From positions 1 through 45,918 of the forward strand of contig JBOFIW010000315.1 of the NCBI GenBank assembly GCA_051650365.1: a stretch of DNA of 45,918 bases. The letters are read 5' to 3'. Source of the stretch: Vibrio sp. (lineage in GTDB: Bacteria; Pseudomonadota; Gammaproteobacteria; Enterobacterales; Vibrionaceae). Below the pieces are notes generated by a model. It made no database searches, was not told the origin of the DNA, and worked only from the letters and a program-made list of their open reading frames with translations. Of this stretch, positions 1-8,413 are shown one piece after another. The first letter of the stretch is position 1; each line of letters starts with the position of its first letter. The translations under genes were made by a program, and so were the position numbers.

Positions 1-102
1 GTCACATCTTACTGCGGTTGGTTTGTCGATAAGTGTGAGCCAACTGCCTCTGCTGATACCGAAGGCAACACTGAATCACAACAAGTTCCTGTTTCGGCAT
101 AA
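1..102 (+). CDS. 3' end of a membrane protein, probably Na+/H+ antiporter NhaC family (partial)
   Basis: Frame 1 is open from base 1 (VTSYCGWFVDKCEPTASADTEGNTESQQVPVSA) to TAA at 100-102, followed by a terminator. NhaC identity is inferred only from remembered Vibrio gene order. Confidence 0.5.
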   Translation, partial: VTSYCGWFVDKCEPTASADTEGNTESQQVPVSA

Positions 103-122
103 GCCTAACTTAAGATACTGTC

Positions 123-148
123 AAAAAGAGCGCTTCGGCGCTCTTTTT
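123..148. terminator. Bidirectional intrinsic terminator
   Basis: AAAAAGAGCG-CTTCGG-CGCTCTTTTT between convergent genes. Confidence 0.85.
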
Positions 149-158
149 ATTTATAACA

Positions 159-1340
159 TCAAGAATGTGCTTGCAAACGAGCCAAATGTTGCTCCACCTC
201 TTGTGTTGTTTGAGCAAGATAGGTAGTAAGATTTTCAAGTTCCATTTCATTCGGTATCAGTCCAGAATGAAGTTTACTTTCTATGTTCGCAGCCGTATTT
301 TTTAGTTGTTGTGCGCCAAGAGTAGTAGCGACGCTCTTCAAACTATGGCTGACTCGTTGCGCGACCTCTGGGGCACTCACTAACAGTGCTCTAATTTTTT
401 CATCATCGTTTTTATGATCTTCTAGAAAAACGTTTAGCAATTGAAGAACCGAATCTTTGCTGCCATTCAACATTTGCTGAATATGGTCAATATTAACATG
501 GCTATTCTTCTTATCCTCTAAGTAAGCCACTTGGGAACTGTGTTCTACTCGAAAAGCTTTCTGTCTACAGTATGATGGCAGTATCAGAAGAGCAATCATA
601 GAGACTAAGCTAATGAATACAAAAAATATTAAAATCAACCACAACTGATGATGATAGGTCGCTTCTAGCAGGCTTGCTTCTTCATACACTGCATGATTGA
701 GCAATTTACTGACAATATTTTTTCCTTCTGCATTTTTGGTCAACACTCGAGATAATAAAGCTAGCGCCCCCTGCAACTGCGCTTGTTCGTCATTAGGTAG
801 ACTTAGAGAGTACTTAAGTAGTTGGTCTAAATGACGGTAAATCTCTGGATGATTTCGGCTATCAGCAAACATAGCCTCAAAACTCAACGCTCCTAATTGG
901 AAGTAATCATTTAAAAGCTGCTCATCAGATTGATTGCTTTGCCGATTTTGACGCAAGAGTTCAGCCAAGGTGGTCGGTTGTAGCTCAATCTCCAAAAAAA
1001 CTCTCATTTGCTCTATGAACCGATCAACTTGGTATAACAGTTGCTGCACATCAGCAACGAAAAAGAGTGTGGTTCTTTCTATTTCAATTTGCCTTCGCAA
1101 GGAGAAAAGTAATGAGATCTCTAGCTCTAACTCTGAAGCTTGTTTCGAACGATAAGGCTGTGAAAAATTGAGTGAATCTCGAAAATGCATCAGTCGATTG
1201 TTCAATTCATCAAGAGTACTCGAAGAAGATGAAACTTGGTAAAACTGCCACATGACAGATGTTGCTAAGCCCACCCAAACCACAAAGATCGCCATCACAA
1301 CTTTATTTTTAAAAGGCTTGCTTACTGCTATCCATTCCAT
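159..1340 (-). CDS. Membrane-anchored Hpt (histidine phosphotransfer) domain protein
   Basis: Two TM segments around a periplasmic region; C-terminal Hpt motif 'SHSLKSVATTLGAQQL'. Confidence 0.8.
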   Translation of the reverse strand: MEWIAVSKPFKNKVVMAIFVVWVGLATSVMWQFYQVSSSSSTLDELNNRLMHFRDSLNFSQPYRSKQASELELEISLLFSLRRQIEIERTTLFFVADVQQLLYQVDRFIEQMRVFLEIELQPTTLAELLRQNRQSNQSDEQLLNDYFQLGALSFEAMFADSRNHPEIYRHLDQLLKYSLSLPNDEQAQLQGALALLSRVLTKNAEGKNIVSKLLNHAVYEEASLLEATYHHQLWLILIFFVFISLVSMIALLILPSYCRQKAFRVEHSSQVAYLEDKKNSHVNIDHIQQMLNGSKDSVLQLLNVFLEDHKNDDEKIRALLVSAPEVAQRVSHSLKSVATTLGAQQLKNTAANIESKLHSGLIPNEMELENLTTYLAQTTQEVEQHLARLQAHS

Positions 1341-1419
1341 GTCTAGCCATCCTAGTTAAAACCTAAGATCAAGCATATACGTAAATTTCATCCTTGATGA
1401 GCAATGAGATTATTTGCAT

Positions 1420-1448
1420 AAAAAAAAGAGAGCGCGATCGCTCTCTTG
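1420..1448 (-). terminator. Intrinsic terminator after yejK
   Basis: A-run followed by AAGAGAGCG-CGAT-CGCTCTCTT hairpin on the + strand, i.e. hairpin then U-tract on the - strand. Confidence 0.7.
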
Positions 1449-1489
1449 ATAAAAACATTAAATTCCGGAATAAGAGGAATTTATAGGGG

Positions 1490-2491
1490 TTAGCGTAAAC
1501 GGGTTAATTGATCACGCAGATTCGGAGGAGTTCCCTTGATTGTTAATGTATCCGTTTCTGGATCATAGAAAACGCGCTCTCCAAGCAGCAAGCTATCAAA
1601 ACTCAGATTCAATCCCCCCCCGGCCCCTACATACTTAGTTAGCTTACGTACCGTTGAGCGATCTGCTGGGAAACTCTCCTCTAACTCATAACCTTGCTCA
1701 CGAGTAAAATCGAAGAAACTCACACCTTCGTTGCTGGAAGGTAATTCACTAGAGAGCTCATGTACTTTAACTTCATCACCCGATTTAATCTGATCACTGC
1801 AGTATTCATAAACTTGCTTTTTATAACTGATCACTTCATCTTTTTCGAACTTCGCATCAGCACAAAAATCTTCCACTGCCTGCATCAGCACCTGATTTTG
1901 TTGTTTAGTATCAAGGCCAATATCCGCCTGCAAAAAATCAAGGAAGAAATCGGCGACTTTACGACCGACTCGACCTTTAATGTAACTCAGGTAACGCTTT
2001 GATTCTTTATCTGTTTCGTAACTAGAAAGATCAATACGCGCCACAATATCCATTTTGTTGATATCCAAATAATCAGTGGCGCTGATTTCTAAACCTTCCG
2101 TGACTTTCAAGCTTTGATTGAGTGGTAATAAACCAATAAACAGATAATCTGTCGCTAGCGATTGATATTCCGCCATAACCAAAATGCCTTCGTCAGCAAA
2201 AGGGTATTTTGCTAACTCATTTTTTAGACGCTGCGCACTCTGTTGTGAAAATTCATAGAACGGCAACTTGCTACTGCGCATCTCTTGCAACCAAAGTTGA
2301 AATTCACTGTCTGACTTGAAACAGCCGAAACCTTTACCAGCTTTTGCATTAAAAACACGATGTAACTCAGCGACTAAGTTTTCGGTTGACGTATCATTGC
2401 GAAGAGATTCAGCGCGATAGTTCACCACCAACTCATCATTATCGTTTTTACGGAGTTGGTGCAAAATCACGTTAGAAAGGAATAAGCTCAT
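1490..2491 (-). CDS. yejK: Nucleoid-associated protein YejK/NdpA
   Basis: 333 aa; 'KGRVGRKVADFFLDFL', 'YDPETDTLTIKGTPPNLRDQL'; divergent from yejL-yejM. Confidence 0.95.
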   Translation of the reverse strand: MSLFLSNVILHQLRKNDNDELVVNYRAESLRNDTSTENLVAELHRVFNAKAGKGFGCFKSDSEFQLWLQEMRSSKLPFYEFSQQSAQRLKNELAKYPFADEGILVMAEYQSLATDYLFIGLLPLNQSLKVTEGLEISATDYLDINKMDIVARIDLSSYETDKESKRYLSYIKGRVGRKVADFFLDFLQADIGLDTKQQNQVLMQAVEDFCADAKFEKDEVISYKKQVYEYCSDQIKSGDEVKVHELSSELPSSNEGVSFFDFTREQGYELEESFPADRSTVRKLTKYVGAGGGLNLSFDSLLLGERVFYDPETDTLTIKGTPPNLRDQLTRLR

Positions 2492-2575
2492 AGTGAAATA
2501 ATCATCGTTCTGGTTTCAGTTGTTAGGCATAGTAGGTTATCATAAGCCGCTTTTACTATCACCATCAGAGTCAAT

Positions 2576-2791
2576 ATGCCTATTACATCTAAATACAGTG
2601 ACGAACACGTTGAATCCATTCTGACTGAAATTGCTGCGGTACTAAACAAACACAATGCCTCACCAGAACTGACCTTAATGGTAGCTGGTAATATTGCAAC
2701 CAACGTGCTCAATCAGAACGTTGCAGCTTCGCAGCGAAAAATGATTGCAGAAAAATTCGCGCAAGCATTAGTGTCATCCTTACAAAGCTAA
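2576..2791 (+). CDS. yejL: YejL (UPF0352) protein
   Basis: '[39 protein letters not shown]'; synteny. Confidence 0.92.
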   Translation: MPITSKYSDEHVESILTEIAAVLNKHNASPELTLMVAGNIATNVLNQNVAASQRKMIAEKFAQALVSSLQS

Positions 2792-2825
2792 ATTGACCCA
2801 TTTAACTCATAAATAGAAAAAGCAC

Positions 2826-4631
2826 ATGGTAGATAGCGGAAATACATACGGTGATCGAGTCTCTCGCTTAGTTGGTTGGGGGCATTGGTTTGCCTTCTTT
2901 AATATCATCGCAGCCATGCTGATTGGTACGCGGTATATCTCACAATCACCTTGGCCCGAAACCCTACTTGGACAGCTCTATTTAATGCTGTCTTGGGTTG
3001 GGCATTTTGGTTTCCTCGTTTTCTCGCTCTATCTATTAGTGCTTTTTCCTCTTACTTTTATTATCCCATCACGCAGCTTATTTCGATTTGTTGCCGTCTG
3101 TTTTTCGACTTTGGGTTTAACTATTTTACTGATTGATACCCAAGCTTATCAGGTCATTAACCTACATCTGAATCCTGTGGTGTGGGAGCTCCTTTTTAAT
3201 GATGAAACCAGTAGCGTTAGTGCAGATCTACAACACCTGTTTGTTGTGCTACCACTGATTTTCCTGCTTGAGCTTGGTTTGTCTGAATGGGTATGGCGTA
3301 AGCAGCGCAAGCTATCACACAAGCGTATTGGACGCCCACTCGCCGCAGTGTTTTTCGTGAGTTTTATCGCAAGTCACTTAATTTATGTCTGGTCAGACGC
3401 TTATCTGTATTCTCCCGTGACCAGTCAACGAGCGAACTTCCCTCTTTCTTATCCCATGACCGCAAAATCCTTTATGGAAAAACACGGACTGCTTGATAAA
3501 GAAGAGTACAGTAAACGCCTTGCGGAACAGAGTAGTGATATTGATGTGTTAGCATATCCGCTTGAGCCGCTTGAATTTAATCGCCGAGCGAACAACCTGA
3601 ACGTGCTAGTGGTCAGCATCAATAATTTACGTGCAGATGCACTGACGCCTGAGCTCATGCCAAACACGTATCAGTTTGCCAATGACAACCTCAACTTCAC
3701 AAACCATTACAGCTCAAGCAACGATATGTTTGGATTGTTTGGATTGTTCTACGGATTACCAAGTACATACGCAAGCAGCGTGCGTGTACAAGGTAATCCT
3801 GCATTGTTTATTGATGTCATGCAGAAAAATGGCTATCAGTTTGGGTTATTTAGCGGCAACAACTTCGCCGATTCTATTTACCAAGAGACCATCTTCCGCT
3901 CTCTAGAACTTGAAAAAGTCGCAGCTAGTGATGACATTAGCCCAGATGAACAAGCCGTGAAAAATTGGTCTGAATGGGTGCAAACCAAACAGAAAAGTCC
4001 ATGGTTCAGCTATTTGGAGTTCACAACGGTGGAGGAGTTTTCAGAACTCACTACTAACACGGCTCAAAAATCAACAGAAGAACGTTTACGGACCGCTTAT
4101 AATCTTTCAACAACACAAGCCGACTTAGTGGTTAAGAGCTTACTCGATCAGCTTGAATCCTTAAGCCTGTTGGATAATACCATTATCGTGATCACGTCTA
4201 ATCACGGCACCGAATTTAATGAAACAAAAACCAACACTTGGGGTTCAAATAGCAACTACAGTCGCTATCAACTACAGGTTCCTATGGTAATTCATTGGCC
4301 GGGTAAAGTGGCTGGTACTTATGCCCACCGCTCAAGCCACCTCGATTTTTCAGTGACACTGATGCAAGATTTACTTGGTGTATCCTCCAATCCAATTGAT
4401 TACAGCAGTGGCAAAAACCTGTTTAATGAAAGTAAGCGTAAATGGATTTTAGCAGGTGATGCTCGCGAATTGGCTTTAATCACTGATGAACAAACCACCG
4501 TCATTGATAAATTTGGAAACTTCAAAGTTTATGATGCAGATTATCAACGCCTTAAACAAACAAGCCCAACACTACCTGTATTAATGCAAGGTTTAACCGA
4601 ATTGCAGCGTTTTTACGCAAAAGACAATTAA
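2826..4631 (+). CDS. yejM: Inner-membrane LPS regulator YejM/PbgA (sulfatase-like domain)
   Basis: 'WGHWFAFFN', 'FPLSYPMTAKSF', N-terminal TMs plus sulfatase-like C-terminus; synteny with yejL and tRNA-Pro. Confidence 0.93.
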   Translation: MVDSGNTYGDRVSRLVGWGHWFAFFNIIAAMLIGTRYISQSPWPETLLGQLYLMLSWVGHFGFLVFSLYLLVLFPLTFIIPSRSLFRFVAVCFSTLGLTILLIDTQAYQVINLHLNPVVWELLFNDETSSVSADLQHLFVVLPLIFLLELGLSEWVWRKQRKLSHKRIGRPLAAVFFVSFIASHLIYVWSDAYLYSPVTSQRANFPLSYPMTAKSFMEKHGLLDKEEYSKRLAEQSSDIDVLAYPLEPLEFNRRANNLNVLVVSINNLRADALTPELMPNTYQFANDNLNFTNHYSSSNDMFGLFGLFYGLPSTYASSVRVQGNPALFIDVMQKNGYQFGLFSGNNFADSIYQETIFRSLELEKVAASDDISPDEQAVKNWSEWVQTKQKSPWFSYLEFTTVEEFSELTTNTAQKSTEERLRTAYNLSTTQADLVVKSLLDQLESLSLLDNTIIVITSNHGTEFNETKTNTWGSNSNYSRYQLQVPMVIHWPGKVAGTYAHRSSHLDFSVTLMQDLLGVSSNPIDYSSGKNLFNESKRKWILAGDARELALITDEQTTVIDKFGNFKVYDADYQRLKQTSPTLPVLMQGLTELQRFYAKDN

Positions 4632-4657
4632 ATTCATTGTTTTAAGCCAGTTCAGGG

Positions 4658-4686
4658 TTGACGCATTTGGTAAAAGTTATTAGATT
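4658..4686 (+). promoter_or_regulatory. Sigma70 promoter of tRNA-Pro
   Basis: TTGACG-17-TAGATT, GC-rich discriminator, 8 bp upstream of the tRNA. Confidence 0.75.
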
Positions 4687-4694
4687 ACGCCCAT

Positions 4695-4771
4695 CGGACT
4701 GTAGCGCAGCTTGGTAGCGCACCGTCATGGGGTGTCGGGGGTCGGAGGTTCAAATCCTCTCAGTCCGACCA
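4695..4771 (+). tRNA. tRNA-Pro(GGG)
   Basis: CGGACTG/CAGTCCG acceptor stem, anticodon arm CCGTC-ATGGGGT-GTCGG, GGTTCAAATCC T-loop, CCA end; 77 nt. Confidence 0.97.
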
Positions 4772-4780
4772 TACACCTAA
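4722..4780 (+). repeat. att core, left copy (3' part of tRNA-Pro plus 9 bp)
   Basis: CCGTCATGGGG...CCGACCATACACCTAA identical to 44686-44744. Confidence 0.95.
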
Positions 4781-4812
4781 GGCCCGTAATTCAATGAGTT
4801 ACGGGCTTTTTT
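4781..4812 (+). terminator. Phage-supplied terminator after tRNA-Pro
   Basis: GCCCGTAA...TTACGGGC followed by TTTTTT. Confidence 0.8.
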
Positions 4813-4843
4813 ACACCCATAAAAAACCGCCTCAAAATAAGGC

Positions 4844-4876
4844 GGTTCCAAAATGGTTCCAAAACTGGTTCCAATA
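4844..4876 (+). promoter_or_regulatory. Three tandem integrase arm-type sites
   Basis: GGTTCCAAAA at 4844 and 4855, GGTTCCAATA at 4867; the same motif recurs near the right att. Confidence 0.75.
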
Positions 4877-6049
4877 TTATCCCCAAATTGCCAGCTCAGC
4901 GGCGGGAACTTGAACCCACTTCTCGTGCCCCTCTTTGTAGATTTTGGTACTCCGAGCGTCAGTGTGAGCAGCACGAGATTGAGGGTCATGACCCGCTTTA
5001 TCGTATAGGTGAATACTTAAGCCTCGAATCTCATGAAACGTTGGCCGACAATCTACAGCAATACTCTTTTTAACCTTTGCCTGATCTCTAAGCTTGGAAA
5101 AAAAGCGGCTCAAATATTTTCGGTTTACTTGAGTAAAGTGATCACAGTGTTGGCTGACTTCATTGCTAAACTTCTCCGGCAAACGATGCACTATGTAAGG
5201 AGAGTCAACATCGTCCTTACTATCCTCGATAATTTTCAAGAGTGACCTCGTCACAGGGATAACCACTCGGCTCGCTTCTTTGGTTTTAACCTTCCTACGA
5301 TGAATTCGGAGATGACCAAACACTTCCACACCATCCTCAACCGCCGGTTCGCTGAGCCAAGTGATGTGCTCATATTTCATAGCACATACCTCATTGACGG
5401 CGTGTGTTGTCTCGAGAGAAAGATCCATTGCAATTCGCATCCACTTGGGAGCAATTGCCCAAATGGTTTTGTACTCCGCCAACGACAGGCGCTGGCGCTG
5501 CTTACCATCTTTTGGCTTACGCTTTTTTCGCTTAGCAGGGTTATCCACCATCACGGATTCATCTACCGCATAATCGAAAACCTTAGACATGAAAGCGATC
5601 CACCGGTTAAAGACATTATTCGATTTACCTGCAGCAACGACATCGAGAACCATGTTCACATCATCAAGCGTGATGGACATCCCCACTCTATCTCCAATCA
5701 AAGTCTTGAGTTTTGAAAGCCGGTTGTCGAACTCATCTAATGTCGACTTCGTAGGCTTCTCTTCGTCAGCATAACGAGCTGAAACGCGGTCAAAGAATGA
5801 AGAAAGCCTTGCGACTGATTTACGATGATGAGGTTTGATTAAGTCTAAGTTAACCGGATGGGATATTTCAGGATCAACTCGATAAGTGGCGTTGTATCTT
5901 CTGGCCAATGCAATTGCTCGGCTCTTATCGTGGCCAAGGGATTTACTGCTATTGTCGATGCGCCGAAAAACATACCCTTTCTTACCTTTAAAATAGAGAC
6001 CTTCAGGCAGGTCTCTATACTTACTACTTCTTGGACGTGGCACGGTCAC
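4877..6049 (-). CDS. int: Lambda-type tyrosine integrase
   Basis: N-terminal arm-binding-like region, 'TFHEIRGLS' (HxxR), 'AAHTDARSTKIY' (His and catalytic Tyr); next to att. Confidence 0.9.
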   Translation of the reverse strand: MTVPRPRSSKYRDLPEGLYFKGKKGYVFRRIDNSSKSLGHDKSRAIALARRYNATYRVDPEISHPVNLDLIKPHHRKSVARLSSFFDRVSARYADEEKPTKSTLDEFDNRLSKLKTLIGDRVGMSITLDDVNMVLDVVAAGKSNNVFNRWIAFMSKVFDYAVDESVMVDNPAKRKKRKPKDGKQRQRLSLAEYKTIWAIAPKWMRIAMDLSLETTHAVNEVCAMKYEHITWLSEPAVEDGVEVFGHLRIHRRKVKTKEASRVVIPVTRSLLKIIEDSKDDVDSPYIVHRLPEKFSNEVSQHCDHFTQVNRKYLSRFFSKLRDQAKVKKSIAVDCRPTFHEIRGLSIHLYDKAGHDPQSRAAHTDARSTKIYKEGHEKWVQVPAAELAIWG

Positions 6050-6060
6050 CTCAGTACATA

Positions 6061-6255
6061 TTAGTGAGAAAGCAGGTCATCCAAGAAAGGATCACCGCTC
6101 GAGTTCTTCTCTTTTTCTAGGTCTACATAGTATGACCGCCCTATCCGTTTGCCTGGCAACGTACCTAAATCGATTTCTCTACGACAAATCCGCACATCTG
6201 GAGCACCACCATTAGGAAAGCGAATTTGACGCCAAATATTCAACTTCACCAACAT
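6061..6255 (-). CDS. xis: Excisionase-like winged-helix protein
   Basis: Small basic protein 'LPGKRIGRSYYVD' directly upstream of int; ATG at 6255 preferred over GTG at 6270. Confidence 0.75.
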   Translation of the reverse strand: MLVKLNIWRQIRFPNGGAPDVRICRREIDLGTLPGKRIGRSYYVDLEKEKNSSGDPFLDDLLSH

Positions 6256-6384
6256 AAACAACCTACCCACAGATATTTGAAAAAACCTGTGAACCTATGG
6301 AATGAAATTTTCTGTCTGATTGAATTCAGTTACTTAGAATCAATCTGTCTATTATTTCGTCCTCAGATTGCCGCCTGAGGCCGG

Positions 6385-6422
6385 AAAAAACCTATGGGAT
6401 AAACCATGTATCCCATAGGTTT
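6385..6422 (-). terminator. Terminator-like hairpin upstream of xis-int
   Basis: Perfect 14-bp stem AAACCTATGGGATA (6388-6401) / TATCCCATAGGTTT (6409-6422), with a U-tract on the - strand. Confidence 0.7.
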
Positions 6423-6451
6423 GGTTGGAGCCATGAGCATAGTTTTGCCGA

Positions 6452-6967
6452 CTATGCTGCTTTTACTATTCCCTTAATCGTTAGTGATTTGAGTACCGAA
6501 TCAACCCACTCAGCTTCCGCCTCTAATTGACCAATTCTTCGCGCTCTAGCCAGTAGAGCCACAACATCTAACTTCATAGTAGGTGATGCATTCTCATCTA
6601 CTAACTCATTAAGTTCTTGTTGAATTTTTCCACTCAACTTAGCGAAATATGAGGTATTGGCGAGAAAGAGATGAGCTAAAGCTTCGTCTTGAACACGAGT
6701 ACAACTGGGCTCAGCATCATAAGACTTAACCAACTCAGCACGACCAAACGGGGTTAAGGAATAAACTTTCTTGTCAGGTTTCCCGACTTGAGGAATGTGC
6801 TGGCAACTTGCGAAACGATTCGCCTCCAGCTTGGCCAACTCACGATAAATCTGCTGGTGCGATGCTTTCCATCCCTTATCGAGAATGAGTTTAGAGAGGT
6901 CATAGCCGGTTAAAGGCTTTTGACTAATTTCAGCCATGATGATGAGTGGTAAATTTGATAGAGACAT
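6452..6967 (-). CDS. PadR-family transcriptional regulator, AphA-like
   Basis: 'TGYDLSK', 'WKASHQQIYREL', 'PQVGKPDKKVYSLT', C-terminal helices ending 'EWVDSVL'; closely matches Vibrio AphA motifs as I recall them. Confidence 0.85.
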   Translation of the reverse strand: MSLSNLPLIIMAEISQKPLTGYDLSKLILDKGWKASHQQIYRELAKLEANRFASCQHIPQVGKPDKKVYSLTPFGRAELVKSYDAEPSCTRVQDEALAHLFLANTSYFAKLSGKIQQELNELVDENASPTMKLDVVALLARARRIGQLEAEAEWVDSVLKSLTIKGIVKAA

Positions 6968-6997
6968 GGTTTATCCTTCTTCGGTTTAAAAAATTGA

Positions 6998-7249
6998 TCA
7001 ACAGTGATGGTTCAGCACTCGAACGGTGACATCGAGGTGCAGTGATGAAATCCCGAGCTTGGTCGCAAGGCGTTTACGGTTGTCGGCATCGAGATTGATG
7101 GCACTGGCCAACGTCTCGAATTTATTCTCATGACCGCTCATATCAAGCTTTTTGCCTTCGATATATGGCTGGTCTAAACCCGCTTCCTCGTACACTTCTG
7201 CGATCAGTTTCGCGATGTGGTTAAGGGGTTTCTGTTTAGCTTTTGGCAT
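6998..7249 (-). CDS. Hypothetical phage protein
   Basis: 83 aa, overlaps its upstream neighbour in the early operon. Confidence 0.7.
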   Translation of the reverse strand: MPKAKQKPLNHIAKLIAEVYEEAGLDQPYIEGKKLDMSGHENKFETLASAINLDADNRKRLATKLGISSLHLDVTVRVLNHHC

Positions 7250-7493
7250 CTTGCTTTACCTCTTTACTAAGTGTTTCAAACTCTTCTTCATTACAAATTA
7301 GGAAGCCCCCAAATCCCGTCTCACGGTGAAGCACTCCCTCGGCGATGATGCGACCTTCCAACACGTCACAAGCATGTTCGACCGCATCGTTAAAGCTTGG
7401 AAAAGAACCAAGCTGCATGTTCACGACTTCTTTGGTTTTCGTGCTCAAGGCCAAAGAGCCGTTTTCATCCAAATAAGCAGCGATGTAGTTCAC
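7236..7493 (-). CDS. Hypothetical acidic phage protein
   Basis: 85 aa, GTG start with GGAG RBS, overlaps neighbours. Confidence 0.7.
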   Translation of the reverse strand: MNYIAAYLDENGSLALSTKTKEVVNMQLGSFPSFNDAVEHACDVLEGRIIAEGVLHRETGFGGFLICNEEEFETLSKEVKQDAKS

Positions 7494-7783
7494 TCAAATG
7501 TCGCTCCAGGCTGCTTTACCTGAGATTTGCAAATAGCCATACAATCTCCATTTCCAAGATGACGAACAAATGCGTGGTAAACCGTTTTGGTAAGCGGTGA
7601 CGAAACATGTGGTGTCAGTGGTAACAACGCTTCAGCTACACAACCGAATGTATCAAGGTCAATACCAAACTTATCCATAAGCGGTGTATCAAAATCCTCA
7701 TCGTCATTGATGATTTCATCAGTCTGTTCTTCACTTAAACCCAATGCCGCACCGGCTAGTTGCTGAATGTCAAATAAGTCCAT
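7490..7783 (-). CDS. Hypothetical acidic phage protein
   Basis: ATG at 7783 preceded by TAAGGAG; D/E-rich. Confidence 0.75.
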   Translation of the reverse strand: MDLFDIQQLAGAALGLSEEQTDEIINDDEDFDTPLMDKFGIDLDTFGCVAEALLPLTPHVSSPLTKTVYHAFVRHLGNGDCMAICKSQVKQPGATFE

Positions 7784-7790
7784 AGTTAAC

Positions 7791-8413
7791 TCCTTACTGA
7801 TTAGTTTCTTTCTCACGAACATCTTCAGCTAAGCGTTGGTAAATGGCTGAAACATACTTAGCCTGGTGAACTGCATCAGATTGGGCGTCATGGCGAATGC
7901 CTTCAAAAGGCATGTCACGCTTAGGGTCAAAACCAAGTAGGTTTTTTCCTAGGTCAACCATTGTTCGAACATCACGTTCATTCCAGAACTGCCAAGGAAC
8001 ATACTGCTCACCTAAGCACTGGATAATCGTATTTTTCAGAATTACACAGTCAAATGATGAGCCATTACCCCAAACTAAAGGCTGGCTTAAACCATCGTTA
8101 GTGAATTGACGAAAATCGTGCAGAGCTTGCTTGATGTGTACGGCTTCTCGGCTGTTCAATACTTCTCTGGCTTCACTGCTTTGCTTCATCCACCAAAGCA
8201 CAGTGCTAGCATCCACAAGACCGAACTGCTGAGAACTTTCCAAAGAAATAATCCGAGAGAATGTTTCTCCAATTTCTCCTGTCGAAGGCTCGAAAAAACA
8301 AGCACCAATAGCGACGATCGCAGCATTGCTGCTCTTCCCCATTGTCTCTAAGTCAATCATTAGGTTTTTCATTAGTCATATCCTTACTGGTTAGTTTCTT
8401 TCTCACGAACATC
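7791..8413. repeat. 33-bp direct repeat (7791-7823 and 8381-8413) flanking the exonuclease gene
   Basis: TCCTTACTG(A/G)TTAGTTTCTTTCTCACGAACATC, 1 mismatch. Confidence 0.9.
7794..8372 (-). CDS. DEDDh 3'-5' exonuclease (phage RNase T/DUF5051-like)
   Basis: 'MIDLETMG', 'WGNGSSFD', 'ERDVRT', 'HDAQSDAVHQA'. Confidence 0.85.
   Translation of the reverse strand: MKNLMIDLETMGKSSNAAIVAIGACFFEPSTGEIGETFSRIISLESSQQFGLVDASTVLWWMKQSSEAREVLNSREAVHIKQALHDFRQFTNDGLSQPLVWGNGSSFDCVILKNTIIQCLGEQYVPWQFWNERDVRTMVDLGKNLLGFDPKRDMPFEGIRHDAQSDAVHQAKYVSAIYQRLAEDVREKETNQ

Noticed and set aside
7791-8413. Diversity-generating retroelement TR/VR pair
   Set aside because: Only 33 bp with a single difference, and no reverse transcriptase in the window.
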